DNA of 32,000 nucleotides from an archaeon GW2011_AR10 (GTDB taxonomy: Archaea; Iainarchaeota; Iainarchaeia; Iainarchaeales; GW2011-AR10). Positions 14,744 through 23,335 of this stretch are shown here, piece by piece. The translations under genes and the position numbers were made by a program. Position 1 is the stretch's first letter, and every line of letters begins with the position of its first letter. The notes under the pieces were generated by a model, which made no database searches, was not told the origin of the DNA, and saw only the letters and a list, made by a program, of their open reading frames with translations. The stretch is taken from NCBI GenBank assembly GCA_000830275.1, contig CP010424.1, positions 450,001-482,000 on the forward strand, written 5' to 3'.

Positions 14744-15277
14744 TTATTTTCTTCTTTTTGGAAGTGGCATTTTAGTTATTTTTCTTCTTTTTGGAAGAGT
14801 TTTCTTCCATTCAATGAATTTTTTTTCCTTTGCGTTTGTTGGAACAGGAACCCTTCTTCTCCCGATAGTGAACAGCCGGCTTAATCTTGGGGCACTGTTT
14901 TTTCCGACAAGGTTTCCTTTCACGTCCACAACAAAGTAGGGGTGCATTGAAAGCTTTCTGATTGCTGGGTGGCTTTTTGACTTTTTGACTGCAAAATAGA
15001 GTTCAGCAAAATCTTTTCTTAGCTGGTCTGCATGCAGCCTTAAACCTGCCGGGGTTAAAGCCAGCGTGGCCAAGCCTGCTGAACCTGCACTTGCCATTAA
15101 ATACTTTAATATTTTCTCTGAAGTGAGCGCTGCTCCAGCAAAAGAAAAAGCTGCCAGCGTTCCGGTTAAGGTTCCCCAAATGATTCCGCTTTTTTTGAGA
15201 AGCTTCCTGTGGTTAAGAATTATTATGATTTTGGTTTTCACGTTTTCAGGCAGGTCATCAAATTTTACTGTTGTCAT
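14744..15277 (-). CDS. Hypothetical membrane protein with a duplicated basic C-terminus
   Basis: ATG start. Central hydrophobic and Gly/Ala-rich segments. The C-terminus LPKRRKITKMPLPKRRK is encoded by a 29/30-nt direct repeat. Confidence 0.5.
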   Translation of the reverse strand: MTTVKFDDLPENVKTKIIIILNHRKLLKKSGIIWGTLTGTLAAFSFAGAALTSEKILKYLMASAGSAGLATLALTPAGLRLHADQLRKDFAELYFAVKKSKSHPAIRKLSMHPYFVVDVKGNLVGKNSAPRLSRLFTIGRRRVPVPTNAKEKKFIEWKKTLPKRRKITKMPLPKRRK

Positions 15278-15288
15278 TTCTGCTGCAC

Positions 15289-16149
15289 CTAAAGCGCTTG
15301 GGATATGAGGAAAAGAATCATTACCAGCGCAACAACCTCAAACCCTAAAACTGCAAAAGTTGAGCGCTTGATGTTCTTTGATTCAAAAACAGTGAAGCCG
15401 AGGAGGATTGCAGCAAGGCTGAGGTTTGCTTCAAAGAAAAAGAAAAACAAGAGCGCCAAGGTAAGCAAAGCAGAAAAAATCTGCGCCAGGAAAAAGAACG
15501 CTATTACCATTGCAATGAAAAGGAACAGCTTGACAACATAAATTGTTTTCAGCTGCAGGCTGTTGGAGCGGAACGAAACAATCAAAGGAATGGTCATGAA
15601 CGCAGCGAACACAAATAATGCAAGAAATGGCGGGGAAGGCTGCGGCTTCGGCTGAACCGCTGCGTGGTTTAGTATAACTGCGCATGCAATCCTGTCGTTT
15701 TCAGGCTTGAACTGGGGGCAGTGGTTGATGAATTTTTCATTAATCTGTGTTTCCGGAAAAAACTGCATTGTGGTCTTCATTTTTCTTCCCTCGTCGCACA
15801 ACACAAAGAACTGGATGTCGTGGGTGTCAGAGCCAGTGAAAGTAATGTTTTTCCCGTCCGGATCAATTCTCCAGTCAGAAGCGCCAGCGTATTTTCCAAG
15901 GCTCAAGCACACTTGCCTTGAGTCAATGCTTTCAGCAAACTCCGAAATCAAGCCAGCGTCAATTACTTCGTCAGTGGAAACAGAGGAAAAGCTCGTTGTG
16001 ATAGCGCTGCCAAGGTTTTTGGCCGTCTGGTCAAGCTGCGTGGAAAGCTTGTCCACAAGGCTCTGCTCTTGCCCAAAGGCAATGGCGAAAATAAGCAGGA
16101 AAGCTAAGAAAAAGGCAACAGATTTAAGCGGTTTCATCACTTGTTTCAT
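15289..16149 (-). CDS. Hypothetical signal-peptide protein with a multi-TM C-terminal half
   Basis: MKQVMKPLKSVAFFLAFLLIFAIAFG signal-like N-terminus, a soluble middle and four or more hydrophobic helices at the C-terminus. ATG at 16149; the ORF-track start at 16152 is a GTG. Confidence 0.55.
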   Translation of the reverse strand: MKQVMKPLKSVAFFLAFLLIFAIAFGQEQSLVDKLSTQLDQTAKNLGSAITTSFSSVSTDEVIDAGLISEFAESIDSRQVCLSLGKYAGASDWRIDPDGKNITFTGSDTHDIQFFVLCDEGRKMKTTMQFFPETQINEKFINHCPQFKPENDRIACAVILNHAAVQPKPQPSPPFLALFVFAAFMTIPLIVSFRSNSLQLKTIYVVKLFLFIAMVIAFFFLAQIFSALLTLALLFFFFFEANLSLAAILLGFTVFESKNIKRSTFAVLGFEVVALVMILFLISQAL

Positions 16150-16305
16150 CACCTTATATCATTTATTAATGAATTAAAGTAATATTTATTGCTTAGCAGC
16201 GGGCTTTTCCGTTTAAATTTTTGAAGAATTCAGTTAAAAGCACTTAAACTGCATTAGAATATATAGTTAATGGAAATAAATTTGTAAGAAAAAAGGGGAA
16301 AACTA

Positions 16306-18228
16306 ATGGAAGAGCAGAAAAAGAAAAGCCTTCTGGAGAGAATAGACAAGAAAGAGCTGTTCTTTGTATTGCTGATTTTCCTGCTTGCATTCGGAGTAAG
16401 AGGGCACCTAATGAGGTATGACTTGCCTTTCGGATTTGACCCGTATTTTCATGCAAGAGTTGCTGGTTACGTTGCTGAAACATTTACCATTCCCCAATAT
16501 GACTGGCTAGGTTACTATCAGCTTGAAAACCCTGACATGCCTAAAACAGGCGCATTCTTCTGGTTTTTCACTGCAATCTTATACAAAATCTTCACGCTTG
16601 GCGCAGCATTCAACAAAGAGCTCTGGACAAACTTTGTGAAGTTTTTTCCGGCATTTTTTGGGGCATTAATCAGTGTTTCAATGTATTTTCTTGGCAAGGA
16701 AATGTACGGCAAGAAGGCAGGAATTGTAATGGCGCTGTTTGCTGCGATTGTGCCGGCCTTTGTGTACAGGACAATGGCCGGAACTTTTGAAGAGGACTCC
16801 CTTGGGTTCCTCTGGATGGTTGTTGGCTTAATTTTCTTTGTTCGGGCTGCAAAGCCGTTAAGGTTCGACAAGCCGGCAATAATAAACTCTCTTGTTGCTG
16901 CAGTATTTTTTGCTGTGATGGCTTGGACATGGGAAATGTTCTTGCTGATACCTTACATTATGCTTGCGTACATGGGGTTAACCGGTGCAGTAATGTGGTT
17001 CAGGAATGAGGATAAAGAAAAAATTTTTAGCCTTGCAAAAGTTTTCGTGCTGACAATGGTTGTGTTCTCGGCTCTTACAATTGCATTCATTGGCATTGGG
17101 TGGCTTGACAGGTTCACTGGCTACATAACACAGTATGCGCCGATTTCGCCTGAAAACATTGAACGAGCCACCACTAGAAACACCAGCACTGTTCTTGGAT
17201 TAACTGTTGGGGAAGAAAATACTGGCAGGCAGTTCTGGGGAGAAAAATACAATGCCCTGATAATTTTTCCTTTCCTTGCGCTGCTGTTAATCCCTTACCG
17301 TGTTTTCAGGAGCAGGCAGGACCATTTGTCGTTCATTATTTTTTTCTGGGTTCTTTTGACAATGTTCATGGCGTGGGGCAAGCTGAAGTTCACTTACACT
17401 CTGGGTTTGCCGATTGCTGCTGCAGCAGGCATTGTTTTCTCTGAGGTTTTAGTTTTCCTTGGAAACAGGACACAGTTCGAGAAGAAAACAGTGGGCATAG
17501 CGCTTGCATTCATGGTTCTGATTGGATTGGGGGCTGCAAGCATTTTTGTTACAACAAAGGTGCCAAACATTGAGCTGAACACAGGGTGGAAGGAAACACT
17601 GTACTGGCTGAAGGATAGCACGCCAACTGATTCAAAGCTCTTCAACTGGTGGGACCAGGGCCACTGGCTGACTTACGTTGCAGAGCGAGGCACAATAACA
17701 GACAACAGGAACTTGAGCGGTGAAGCAAACTCGGCTTACGGCCTGTTTGTTATTGCAGAGGATGAGGAGGAGGCTTACTCGATTGTGAAAGAGTTTGGTT
17801 CGGATTATGTTATTCTTGGCGCGGACATAGTGGAAAAGCTTGGCTCAATTGGCCTCTATGCTTACAATACGCCGAATGGTTTGGATCCAAGAGTGCAGAG
17901 GCTTGACCGCTCTGGAATAATTTTTGAATGCAACAGGAACGCTGACCAGCTTTCAGGGCAAGTAACGTACCAGTGCGGCGGCAACAATTTTTCGGAAGCA
18001 CAAATGCTGAGCTTTCCCACAACATACCTTAATGCGCCGAACCAGGTTATTGACCAGAGGAACCTTGGCTTTGTTTACAGGTCCAAGGACAATTCTCTGC
18101 TAGTAGTACTCAACCCTGTTGGCAACAAGTCAATGGCTGCAAGGCTCTGGTTTAATGACCCAAACATTAAGCACTTTGAGGAAGTATTTTACAGCAAGCA
18201 GGTAAAGGTATTCAAGGTAGTGGATTAA
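16306..18228 (+). CDS. aglB: Oligosaccharyltransferase AglB (STT3 homolog)
   Basis: WWDQGHW (the WWDxG catalytic motif), N-terminal multi-TM domain with FGFDPYFH and FEEDS acidic loops, and a soluble C-terminal domain. Confidence 0.9.
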   Translation: MEEQKKKSLLERIDKKELFFVLLIFLLAFGVRGHLMRYDLPFGFDPYFHARVAGYVAETFTIPQYDWLGYYQLENPDMPKTGAFFWFFTAILYKIFTLGAAFNKELWTNFVKFFPAFFGALISVSMYFLGKEMYGKKAGIVMALFAAIVPAFVYRTMAGTFEEDSLGFLWMVVGLIFFVRAAKPLRFDKPAIINSLVAAVFFAVMAWTWEMFLLIPYIMLAYMGLTGAVMWFRNEDKEKIFSLAKVFVLTMVVFSALTIAFIGIGWLDRFTGYITQYAPISPENIERATTRNTSTVLGLTVGEENTGRQFWGEKYNALIIFPFLALLLIPYRVFRSRQDHLSFIIFFWVLLTMFMAWGKLKFTYTLGLPIAAAAGIVFSEVLVFLGNRTQFEKKTVGIALAFMVLIGLGAASIFVTTKVPNIELNTGWKETLYWLKDSTPTDSKLFNWWDQGHWLTYVAERGTITDNRNLSGEANSAYGLFVIAEDEEEAYSIVKEFGSDYVILGADIVEKLGSIGLYAYNTPNGLDPRVQRLDRSGIIFECNRNADQLSGQVTYQCGGNNFSEAQMLSFPTTYLNAPNQVIDQRNLGFVYRSKDNSLLVVLNPVGNKSMAARLWFNDPNIKHFEEVFYSKQVKVFKVVD

Positions 18229-18304
18229 GGCAGCCTGTCCAGCTTTGTACCAAAACCCCTTTAAAAAACGACTAAAGGTTAATTATTGTTGGAATGGTGT
18301 TTGA

Positions 18305-19333
18305 ATGGGCGATTTCCCCCTCGTTATTTTAGCTACTTTTTTAAGTGCCTTTGCTGTAACCGCTATTGTAACTCCTTTCCTCATCAAAAGGTTCAAGGAA
18401 AGGGGCTTAACCGGCATTGACATGAACAAGTACAGCAAGCCAAAAGTGCCGGAAATGGGGGGCATTGCAGTTCTTTTCGGTTTTGCTTTCTCGGTCATGG
18501 TTGCATTGGGTGCCTACGGCTTCCTTGGCTTTAATTCACTGAACCTAACTGCATTGCTCGCGGCTTTTTCAACAGTGCTGATTGTCGGCTTAATTGGAGT
18601 CTTTGATGATTTGATTGGCTGGAAAAAAGGAATAGAGCAATGGCAGCACGCGCTTGTGCCTGTTTTTGCTGCTCTTCCACTAATGGTTCTCCCTGAAAGC
18701 ATTGGTTTTACCGAGCTGACAATTCCTTTCATTGGGCCGGTTGCGTTCGGCACCCTTTATCCGCTGGTTATTGTGCCACTAGCAATAACAGGTGCAAGCA
18801 ATGCAGCGAACATGCTTGCAGGCTACAATGGCCTTGAAGCAGGAATGGGTTCAATCATTTCCTTCACTATTCTTGCAATAGTGTTTTTCCTTCCATTAGA
18901 CCATGCGGGAAAATTTGAGGTAATGATTTTGATGGCTGGAATGCTTGGAGCGCTGCTCTCATTCCTTCGATTCAACTGGTTCCCTGCAAAAATTTTTGGC
19001 GGGGATTCCCTTACTTTAATGATTGGCGCAAGCATTGCCGCGGTTGCAATCATCGGCAACATTGAAAAGATTGCTATGCTGCTTTTTGCAATATACTTTG
19101 CGGAATTGGTGTTCAAGCTGGGAAGCAGGCTTAAAGCAGAGTGCTTTGGTTTGCCACAAAAAGACGGAACGCTGAAAGCACACCCAAAAGGAGGCAGCCT
19201 AACCCACTGGGTTCTCCGCAGAGGCATTAACACTGAAAAACAGGTTGTTTTCGCAATTCTGGGATTGCAGGTTATTGTTTCAGGCCTCGTGTTTTTTCTG
19301 TTCTGGTTCAAGCTTTTCAAGCTGATAGGTTAA
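18305..19333 (+). CDS. GT4-family UDP-GlcNAc:dolichyl-phosphate GlcNAc-1-phosphate transferase (Alg7/AglH type)
   Basis: NAANMLAGYNGLEAG has the eukaryal/archaeal AGxNGLE form rather than the bacterial DGxDGL form. Also VFDDLIGW and FGGDSLTL; polytopic membrane protein. Confidence 0.85.
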   Translation: MGDFPLVILATFLSAFAVTAIVTPFLIKRFKERGLTGIDMNKYSKPKVPEMGGIAVLFGFAFSVMVALGAYGFLGFNSLNLTALLAAFSTVLIVGLIGVFDDLIGWKKGIEQWQHALVPVFAALPLMVLPESIGFTELTIPFIGPVAFGTLYPLVIVPLAITGASNAANMLAGYNGLEAGMGSIISFTILAIVFFLPLDHAGKFEVMILMAGMLGALLSFLRFNWFPAKIFGGDSLTLMIGASIAAVAIIGNIEKIAMLLFAIYFAELVFKLGSRLKAECFGLPQKDGTLKAHPKGGSLTHWVLRRGINTEKQVVFAILGLQVIVSGLVFFLFWFKLFKLIG

Positions 19334-19343
19334 ACTGAGTCAA

Positions 19344-19808
19344 ATGGCTAAAGAAGTTGCTTTGAAGCTGTGCCTTGCTTGCTCTGGCGGAGGGCACTTA
19401 AGCGAATTAATGCAGTTAGAGGAATTCTACATGGAACAAGAGCGCTTCTTTGTTACTTTCAAGAGACCTAATTCTGAGGAACTGGCAAAAAAGGAAAGAG
19501 TTTACTTTGTAACTGACCCAGGCAGAAACCCTGTTGCATTGGCAAAAAACTTTTTTGAAAGCATGAAGGTTTTTCGAAAAGAGAAACCGGATGCAGTTGT
19601 AACAACAGGGGCAGGAGTTGCTTTCCCCATCAGCCTGATTGCAAAGCTTGCTGGGAAAAAGGTTGTTTACATTGAGAGCTTCTGCAGGATAAGCAGCCCG
19701 AGCCTCAGCGCTAGGCTTTTTTACCCGATTGCGGACAAGTTCTTCGTGCAGTGGCCGCAGATGAAAAAGTTTTTTCCGAAAGCAGTGTTTGCCGGAGGGG
19801 TTTTCTGA
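19344..19808 (+). CDS. Alg14-like glycosyltransferase subunit
   Basis: CSGGGHLSELMQL, PDAVVTTGAGVAFP and YIESFCRISSPSLSARL..FFVQW match the Alg14/PssD pattern. No N-terminal TM helix. Confidence 0.85.
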   Translation: MAKEVALKLCLACSGGGHLSELMQLEEFYMEQERFFVTFKRPNSEELAKKERVYFVTDPGRNPVALAKNFFESMKVFRKEKPDAVVTTGAGVAFPISLIAKLAGKKVVYIESFCRISSPSLSARLFYPIADKFFVQWPQMKKFFPKAVFAGGVF

Positions 19809-20287
19809 TGATTTTCGTAACTGTGGGAACGCACACGCAGCAGTTCAACAGGCTGCTGGAAAAAGTTGATGAATTAGTTGAGGGAAAAAAAATCAAGGAA
19901 GAGGTTTTTGCGCAGACAGGCAACTCTTCTTTTGAGCCAAAAAACTTTTCCTTCAAGAAGTTCCTGAATGCAGCAGAGTTCGAGGAAAAAATAGGGAAGA
20001 GTTCCATTGTGATAAGCCATGGAGGTGCGGGAGCAATAATCAGCGCGCTGCGACACAATAAACCATTGGTTGTTGTGCCAAGGCTGCTTGAGTTCAAGGA
20101 ACACACCAACTCACACCAGGTTGATTTGGCCAAAGCACTGCACGAGAAAGGGAAAGCAATAGCGGTTTTTGAATTGAACGGATTGGAGAATGCTGTAAGG
20201 AAAGCGAAAAGTTTTTCTCCGAAGGTCAGCGAGGAAAGGAAAAGGCTAGTAAAAGCATTAAACGATTTTTTCGGTGAAGGAAAATGA
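19808..20287 (+). CDS. Alg13-like glycosyltransferase subunit (GT28 C-terminal domain)
   Basis: MIFVTVGTH.QQFNRL, ISHGGAGAI and PLVVVPR...HTNSHQ..LA match Alg13/PssE. The ATG overlaps the Alg14 stop (TGATG). Confidence 0.85.
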   Translation: MIFVTVGTHTQQFNRLLEKVDELVEGKKIKEEVFAQTGNSSFEPKNFSFKKFLNAAEFEEKIGKSSIVISHGGAGAIISALRHNKPLVVVPRLLEFKEHTNSHQVDLAKALHEKGKAIAVFELNGLENAVRKAKSFSPKVSEERKRLVKALNDFFGEGK

Positions 20288-21273
20288 ACAAGCAAATGAT
20301 TGTTTCATACCTTGTCAGCTTGTTGCTTGTTGCAATAATAATCGCTTTTGTTGACTTGGAGGAAGTGCTCAGGCAGGTAATTGGCTTTGGTGCAGTGCAT
20401 TTCACTGTTATTTCAGTGCTTTCAATTGCAACATTCGTGTTTAGGGGAATTATCTGGAAAGAGCTTCTGAAGCCGTTCACTGAAATATCGCTGCTGGAAT
20501 CAACTTACATCACAACAATAGGTTTTTTTGCAAACAACGTGCTGCCGCTGCGAATCGGTGAAATAGTCAGGGCTTACGTGCTCTCAGTGCACAAAAAAAT
20601 CGGAAAAGTGAAATCGTTTTCCTCTGTTTTGGCGGAGAGAATAGTTGAGGGCTTAACGCTTGTGGCTTTTTTTGTGGCAGGAATTGCTTTCCTGCCAAGC
20701 ATTGGCCCTGAACTGAAGCAGCTCATTCTCTTGCCTGTTGCGTTGTTCGTTGCGCTTCTGCTCGTGTTCTTGTTCCCTGGAAAAGCGCTTGCAATCACAA
20801 GGAAACTGTTTTCAGGCTTTAAGTTTTTTTACAAAGTTGAGCACTTGCTTGAGGATTTTGTAAGCGGCGGAAAAGCAATGAGAAATGGCTTGAGGCCGAA
20901 CGCAATTATTTGGGGTGCGTCAATTGCAACCTGGGGTTTGCTTGCAGTAATATACCATGTTGCGGCAGTACAGCTTGGGCTGGAGTTTTCTTTGGCTGAG
21001 CTCCTGCTTTTGGTGTCTGTTACCGGCCTCAGCGTAATGATTCCATCTGCTCCCGGCTTCATTGGCACGTTTGAATTTGGCTTCATTCTGGCTTTCAGTG
21101 CCCTGGGTTTAAGCGCTGAAGCAGCAACATCAATGGCAGTAATACTCCATCTTGCATTCTGGATTTCCACAAACATTGCCGGCCTTATTGCATTGAACAG
21201 GCTGAACCTTTCGTTCAGCAGCATAATGGCAATGGAGAAAGTGGAGGAAGCCAAGGAACGGGCTGTTAAATAA
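20284..21273 (+). CDS. Flippase-like / LPG-synthase-TM (UPF0104) family membrane protein
   Basis: About 8 TM segments and the FFANNVLPLRIGEIVRAYVL family motif. The ATG overlaps the Alg13 stop (ATGA). Confidence 0.75.
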   Translation: MNKQMIVSYLVSLLLVAIIIAFVDLEEVLRQVIGFGAVHFTVISVLSIATFVFRGIIWKELLKPFTEISLLESTYITTIGFFANNVLPLRIGEIVRAYVLSVHKKIGKVKSFSSVLAERIVEGLTLVAFFVAGIAFLPSIGPELKQLILLPVALFVALLLVFLFPGKALAITRKLFSGFKFFYKVEHLLEDFVSGGKAMRNGLRPNAIIWGASIATWGLLAVIYHVAAVQLGLEFSLAELLLLVSVTGLSVMIPSAPGFIGTFEFGFILAFSALGLSAEAATSMAVILHLAFWISTNIAGLIALNRLNLSFSSIMAMEKVEEAKERAVK

Positions 21274-21305
21274 AGTTTTTGCTCAAGAATTTTTTAGTGA
21301 GGCAA

Positions 21306-22133
21306 ATGCCTGAGAAAGCAATGGTTTCAATCCTAATCCAGCACAAGAACGGTGAAAAAGTGCTGGAAGCCTGCTTGAGGTCACTCAAGGAGAATACTTC
21401 CTACAAGCCGCTTGAAGTAATCCTCTTAGACAACGGCAGCACGGACAAAAGCATTGAAGGGGTGCTGGAAAAGTTTCCTTGGGTTAAGGTCATAAAAAAC
21501 AAAAAATTTGTTTCACTGGCGGATGGGGTTAACGTTGGTTTTGGGAAAGCAAAGGGCGCATATCTAATGTGGCTGAACAATGACACGTTAATGGAGAAGG
21601 GCTGGCTTGAAGAGCTTGTAACTGCGTTGGAATCCAAAAAAGAGGTTGCAGCTGTCTCTCCAGTTATTCTGCCAATGGACGCTGAGCCAAAAAAAGAAGC
21701 GAGAACGTATGTTGAAAAAATTTCCCTTATCGGCGCATGCATTCTAATCAACAGGAGGGCATGGGAAAGGGTTGGGGGCTTTGACGGAGAAAACTTTAAG
21801 CCTGCTTACGGAGAGGAAAATGACTGGTGTTATCGCGCGAGAAATGCCGGCTTTAAGCTGCTGGAAGTGCGCTCAAGCCAGGTATGGCACTTGGGCTCTT
21901 ACACTGCGGAAAAAATTGTAAAGCAAAGGTATTTGCTTGAGAACACGCACAGGCTGAAAGCAATGCTTTACAATCTTAAGTTGCCTGATTTGATTAGGTT
22001 TGTTCCGGGGCTTACGCTGATTTTCCTGAATTCTTTAAGGCAGGGAAGCACTTTTTTCCTGCTGCAAAGCTACTGGGAGAACCTGAAAAACATTAAAACG
22101 ATTTTTGCTGAAAGAAAACATAGGTTAGGATGA
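21306..22133 (+). CDS. Family 2 glycosyltransferase
   Basis: VSILIQHKNG, LLDNGSTD, NNDT and GEENDWCYRARNAGF are typical GT2 (RfbF/WbbL-like) motifs. Alternative starts are TTG 21279 and ATG 21321. Confidence 0.85.
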   Translation: MPEKAMVSILIQHKNGEKVLEACLRSLKENTSYKPLEVILLDNGSTDKSIEGVLEKFPWVKVIKNKKFVSLADGVNVGFGKAKGAYLMWLNNDTLMEKGWLEELVTALESKKEVAAVSPVILPMDAEPKKEARTYVEKISLIGACILINRRAWERVGGFDGENFKPAYGEENDWCYRARNAGFKLLEVRSSQVWHLGSYTAEKIVKQRYLLENTHRLKAMLYNLKLPDLIRFVPGLTLIFLNSLRQGSTFFLLQSYWENLKNIKTIFAERKHRLG

Positions 22134-22161
22134 GAAAGTGAATGAAAACTCTTTAAAGGAA

Positions 22162-23136
22162 ATGAAAGGGCAGAGAGTGCTTGTTCTCGGCGGCCTCGGA
22201 TTTTTTGGCAGCAATATTGTTCACAAATGCGTTGGGCTTGGAGCAGAGGTAACGGTTTTTGACGCAATGATTGAGCCATACGGTTTTAACCTTGCAAACC
22301 TTAAAGGAATTGAGAAAAAAGTTGGGCTGCTAAAACAGGACATGAGGAATTTTGGGGATTTGAGCAAAGCAGTTAAGGAAAAGGATTTGATTTTTAATTG
22401 CGCTGGGCAAGTAAGCCACGTTGACTCAATGAAGGAACCATTCCTTGACATTGAACTCAACATTGTTGCAAACTTGAACCTGCTGGAAGCGTGCAGGAAA
22501 TTCAATGGTAATGCAAAAATCGTTTATGCAGGCACGCGCGCACAGGTCGGCAAGGCAGAGTACACTCCAATAGATGAAAAGCATCCCACAAACCCTGTTG
22601 ACGTTTACGGCATTGACAAGCTGACAGCTGAAAAGTATCTGCTGCTTTACAGCAGCGCTTACGGAATTAAAGGCGTTTCAATTCGCTCCACCAACGGTTT
22701 TGGCCCGAGGCACCAGATGAAGCACGGCCTTTACGGGATACTTAACTGGTTCATTCGGCTGGCGCTGGAGGGAAAAACAATTTCGGTTTATGGAACGGGA
22801 GAGCAGTTAAGGGATTACCTCTACATTGACGACATTGTTAATGCAATGGTTTCGTGCGGGCAATCGGAGAAAGCAAACGGGCAAATTTACAATGTGAGTT
22901 CAGGGAAAGGCATTAAGTTCATTGAAATGGTGAAAAAAATTATTGAGTTCTCAGGAAAAGGAAAGTATGAGCTGAAACCGTTTCCAGAGGAAAGGAAAAT
23001 GATTGAAACAGGCGACGTTGTTTTAAGCTACAAAAAAATTAACAGGGAGCTTGGCTGGGAGCCTTTAACTTCTTTTGATGACGGCCTGAAAAAAACCATT
23101 GATTTTTATAAGAAGCACTTGAAGGAATATGTATAG
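22162..23136 (+). CDS. NAD-dependent sugar epimerase/dehydratase (extended SDR)
   Basis: VLVLGGLGFFGSNIV Rossmann motif and YGIDKLTAEKY (YxxxK). Alternative GTG start at 22138. Confidence 0.85.
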   Translation: MKGQRVLVLGGLGFFGSNIVHKCVGLGAEVTVFDAMIEPYGFNLANLKGIEKKVGLLKQDMRNFGDLSKAVKEKDLIFNCAGQVSHVDSMKEPFLDIELNIVANLNLLEACRKFNGNAKIVYAGTRAQVGKAEYTPIDEKHPTNPVDVYGIDKLTAEKYLLLYSSAYGIKGVSIRSTNGFGPRHQMKHGLYGILNWFIRLALEGKTISVYGTGEQLRDYLYIDDIVNAMVSCGQSEKANGQIYNVSSGKGIKFIEMVKKIIEFSGKGKYELKPFPEERKMIETGDVVLSYKKINRELGWEPLTSFDDGLKKTIDFYKKHLKEYV

Positions 23137-23161
23137 CAAAATGCTTATGTATTTGAGCAAA

Positions 23162-23316
23162 TAGCGAATGACTTTAATAATGGTAAAAAACAAGTCATTC
23201 GCTAGTCGCAAAAGACATTAAGAAATTACCAAAACCAATGTCTTTTGCTAAAAAACTGCATTTTGCAACCAGCAAACAGCAAATTAATGCTCAAAAATCA
23301 AAGCTGTTTGCTATAA
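23162..23316. repeat. Array of three long-stem hairpins (locus B); the third hairpin module is an inverted copy of 9087-9146
   Basis: H1: 23162-23174 pairs with 23192-23204 (13 bp, 17-nt loop). H2: 23208-23219 pairs with 23237-23248 (12 bp, 17-nt loop). H3: 23271-23280 pairs with 23303-23312 (10 bp, 22-nt loop). 23257-23315 aligns to the reverse complement of 9087-9146 with 56 of 60 columns identical. Confidence 0.85.
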
Positions 23317-23335
23317 AGTAAAACGCGGTGAACAA

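Noticed and set aside
23162-23312. The hairpin arrays as integron attC-like recombination sites.
   Set aside because: There are no GTTRRRY/RYYYAAC core sites at the stem bases, no extrahelical-base pattern and no integrase nearby.
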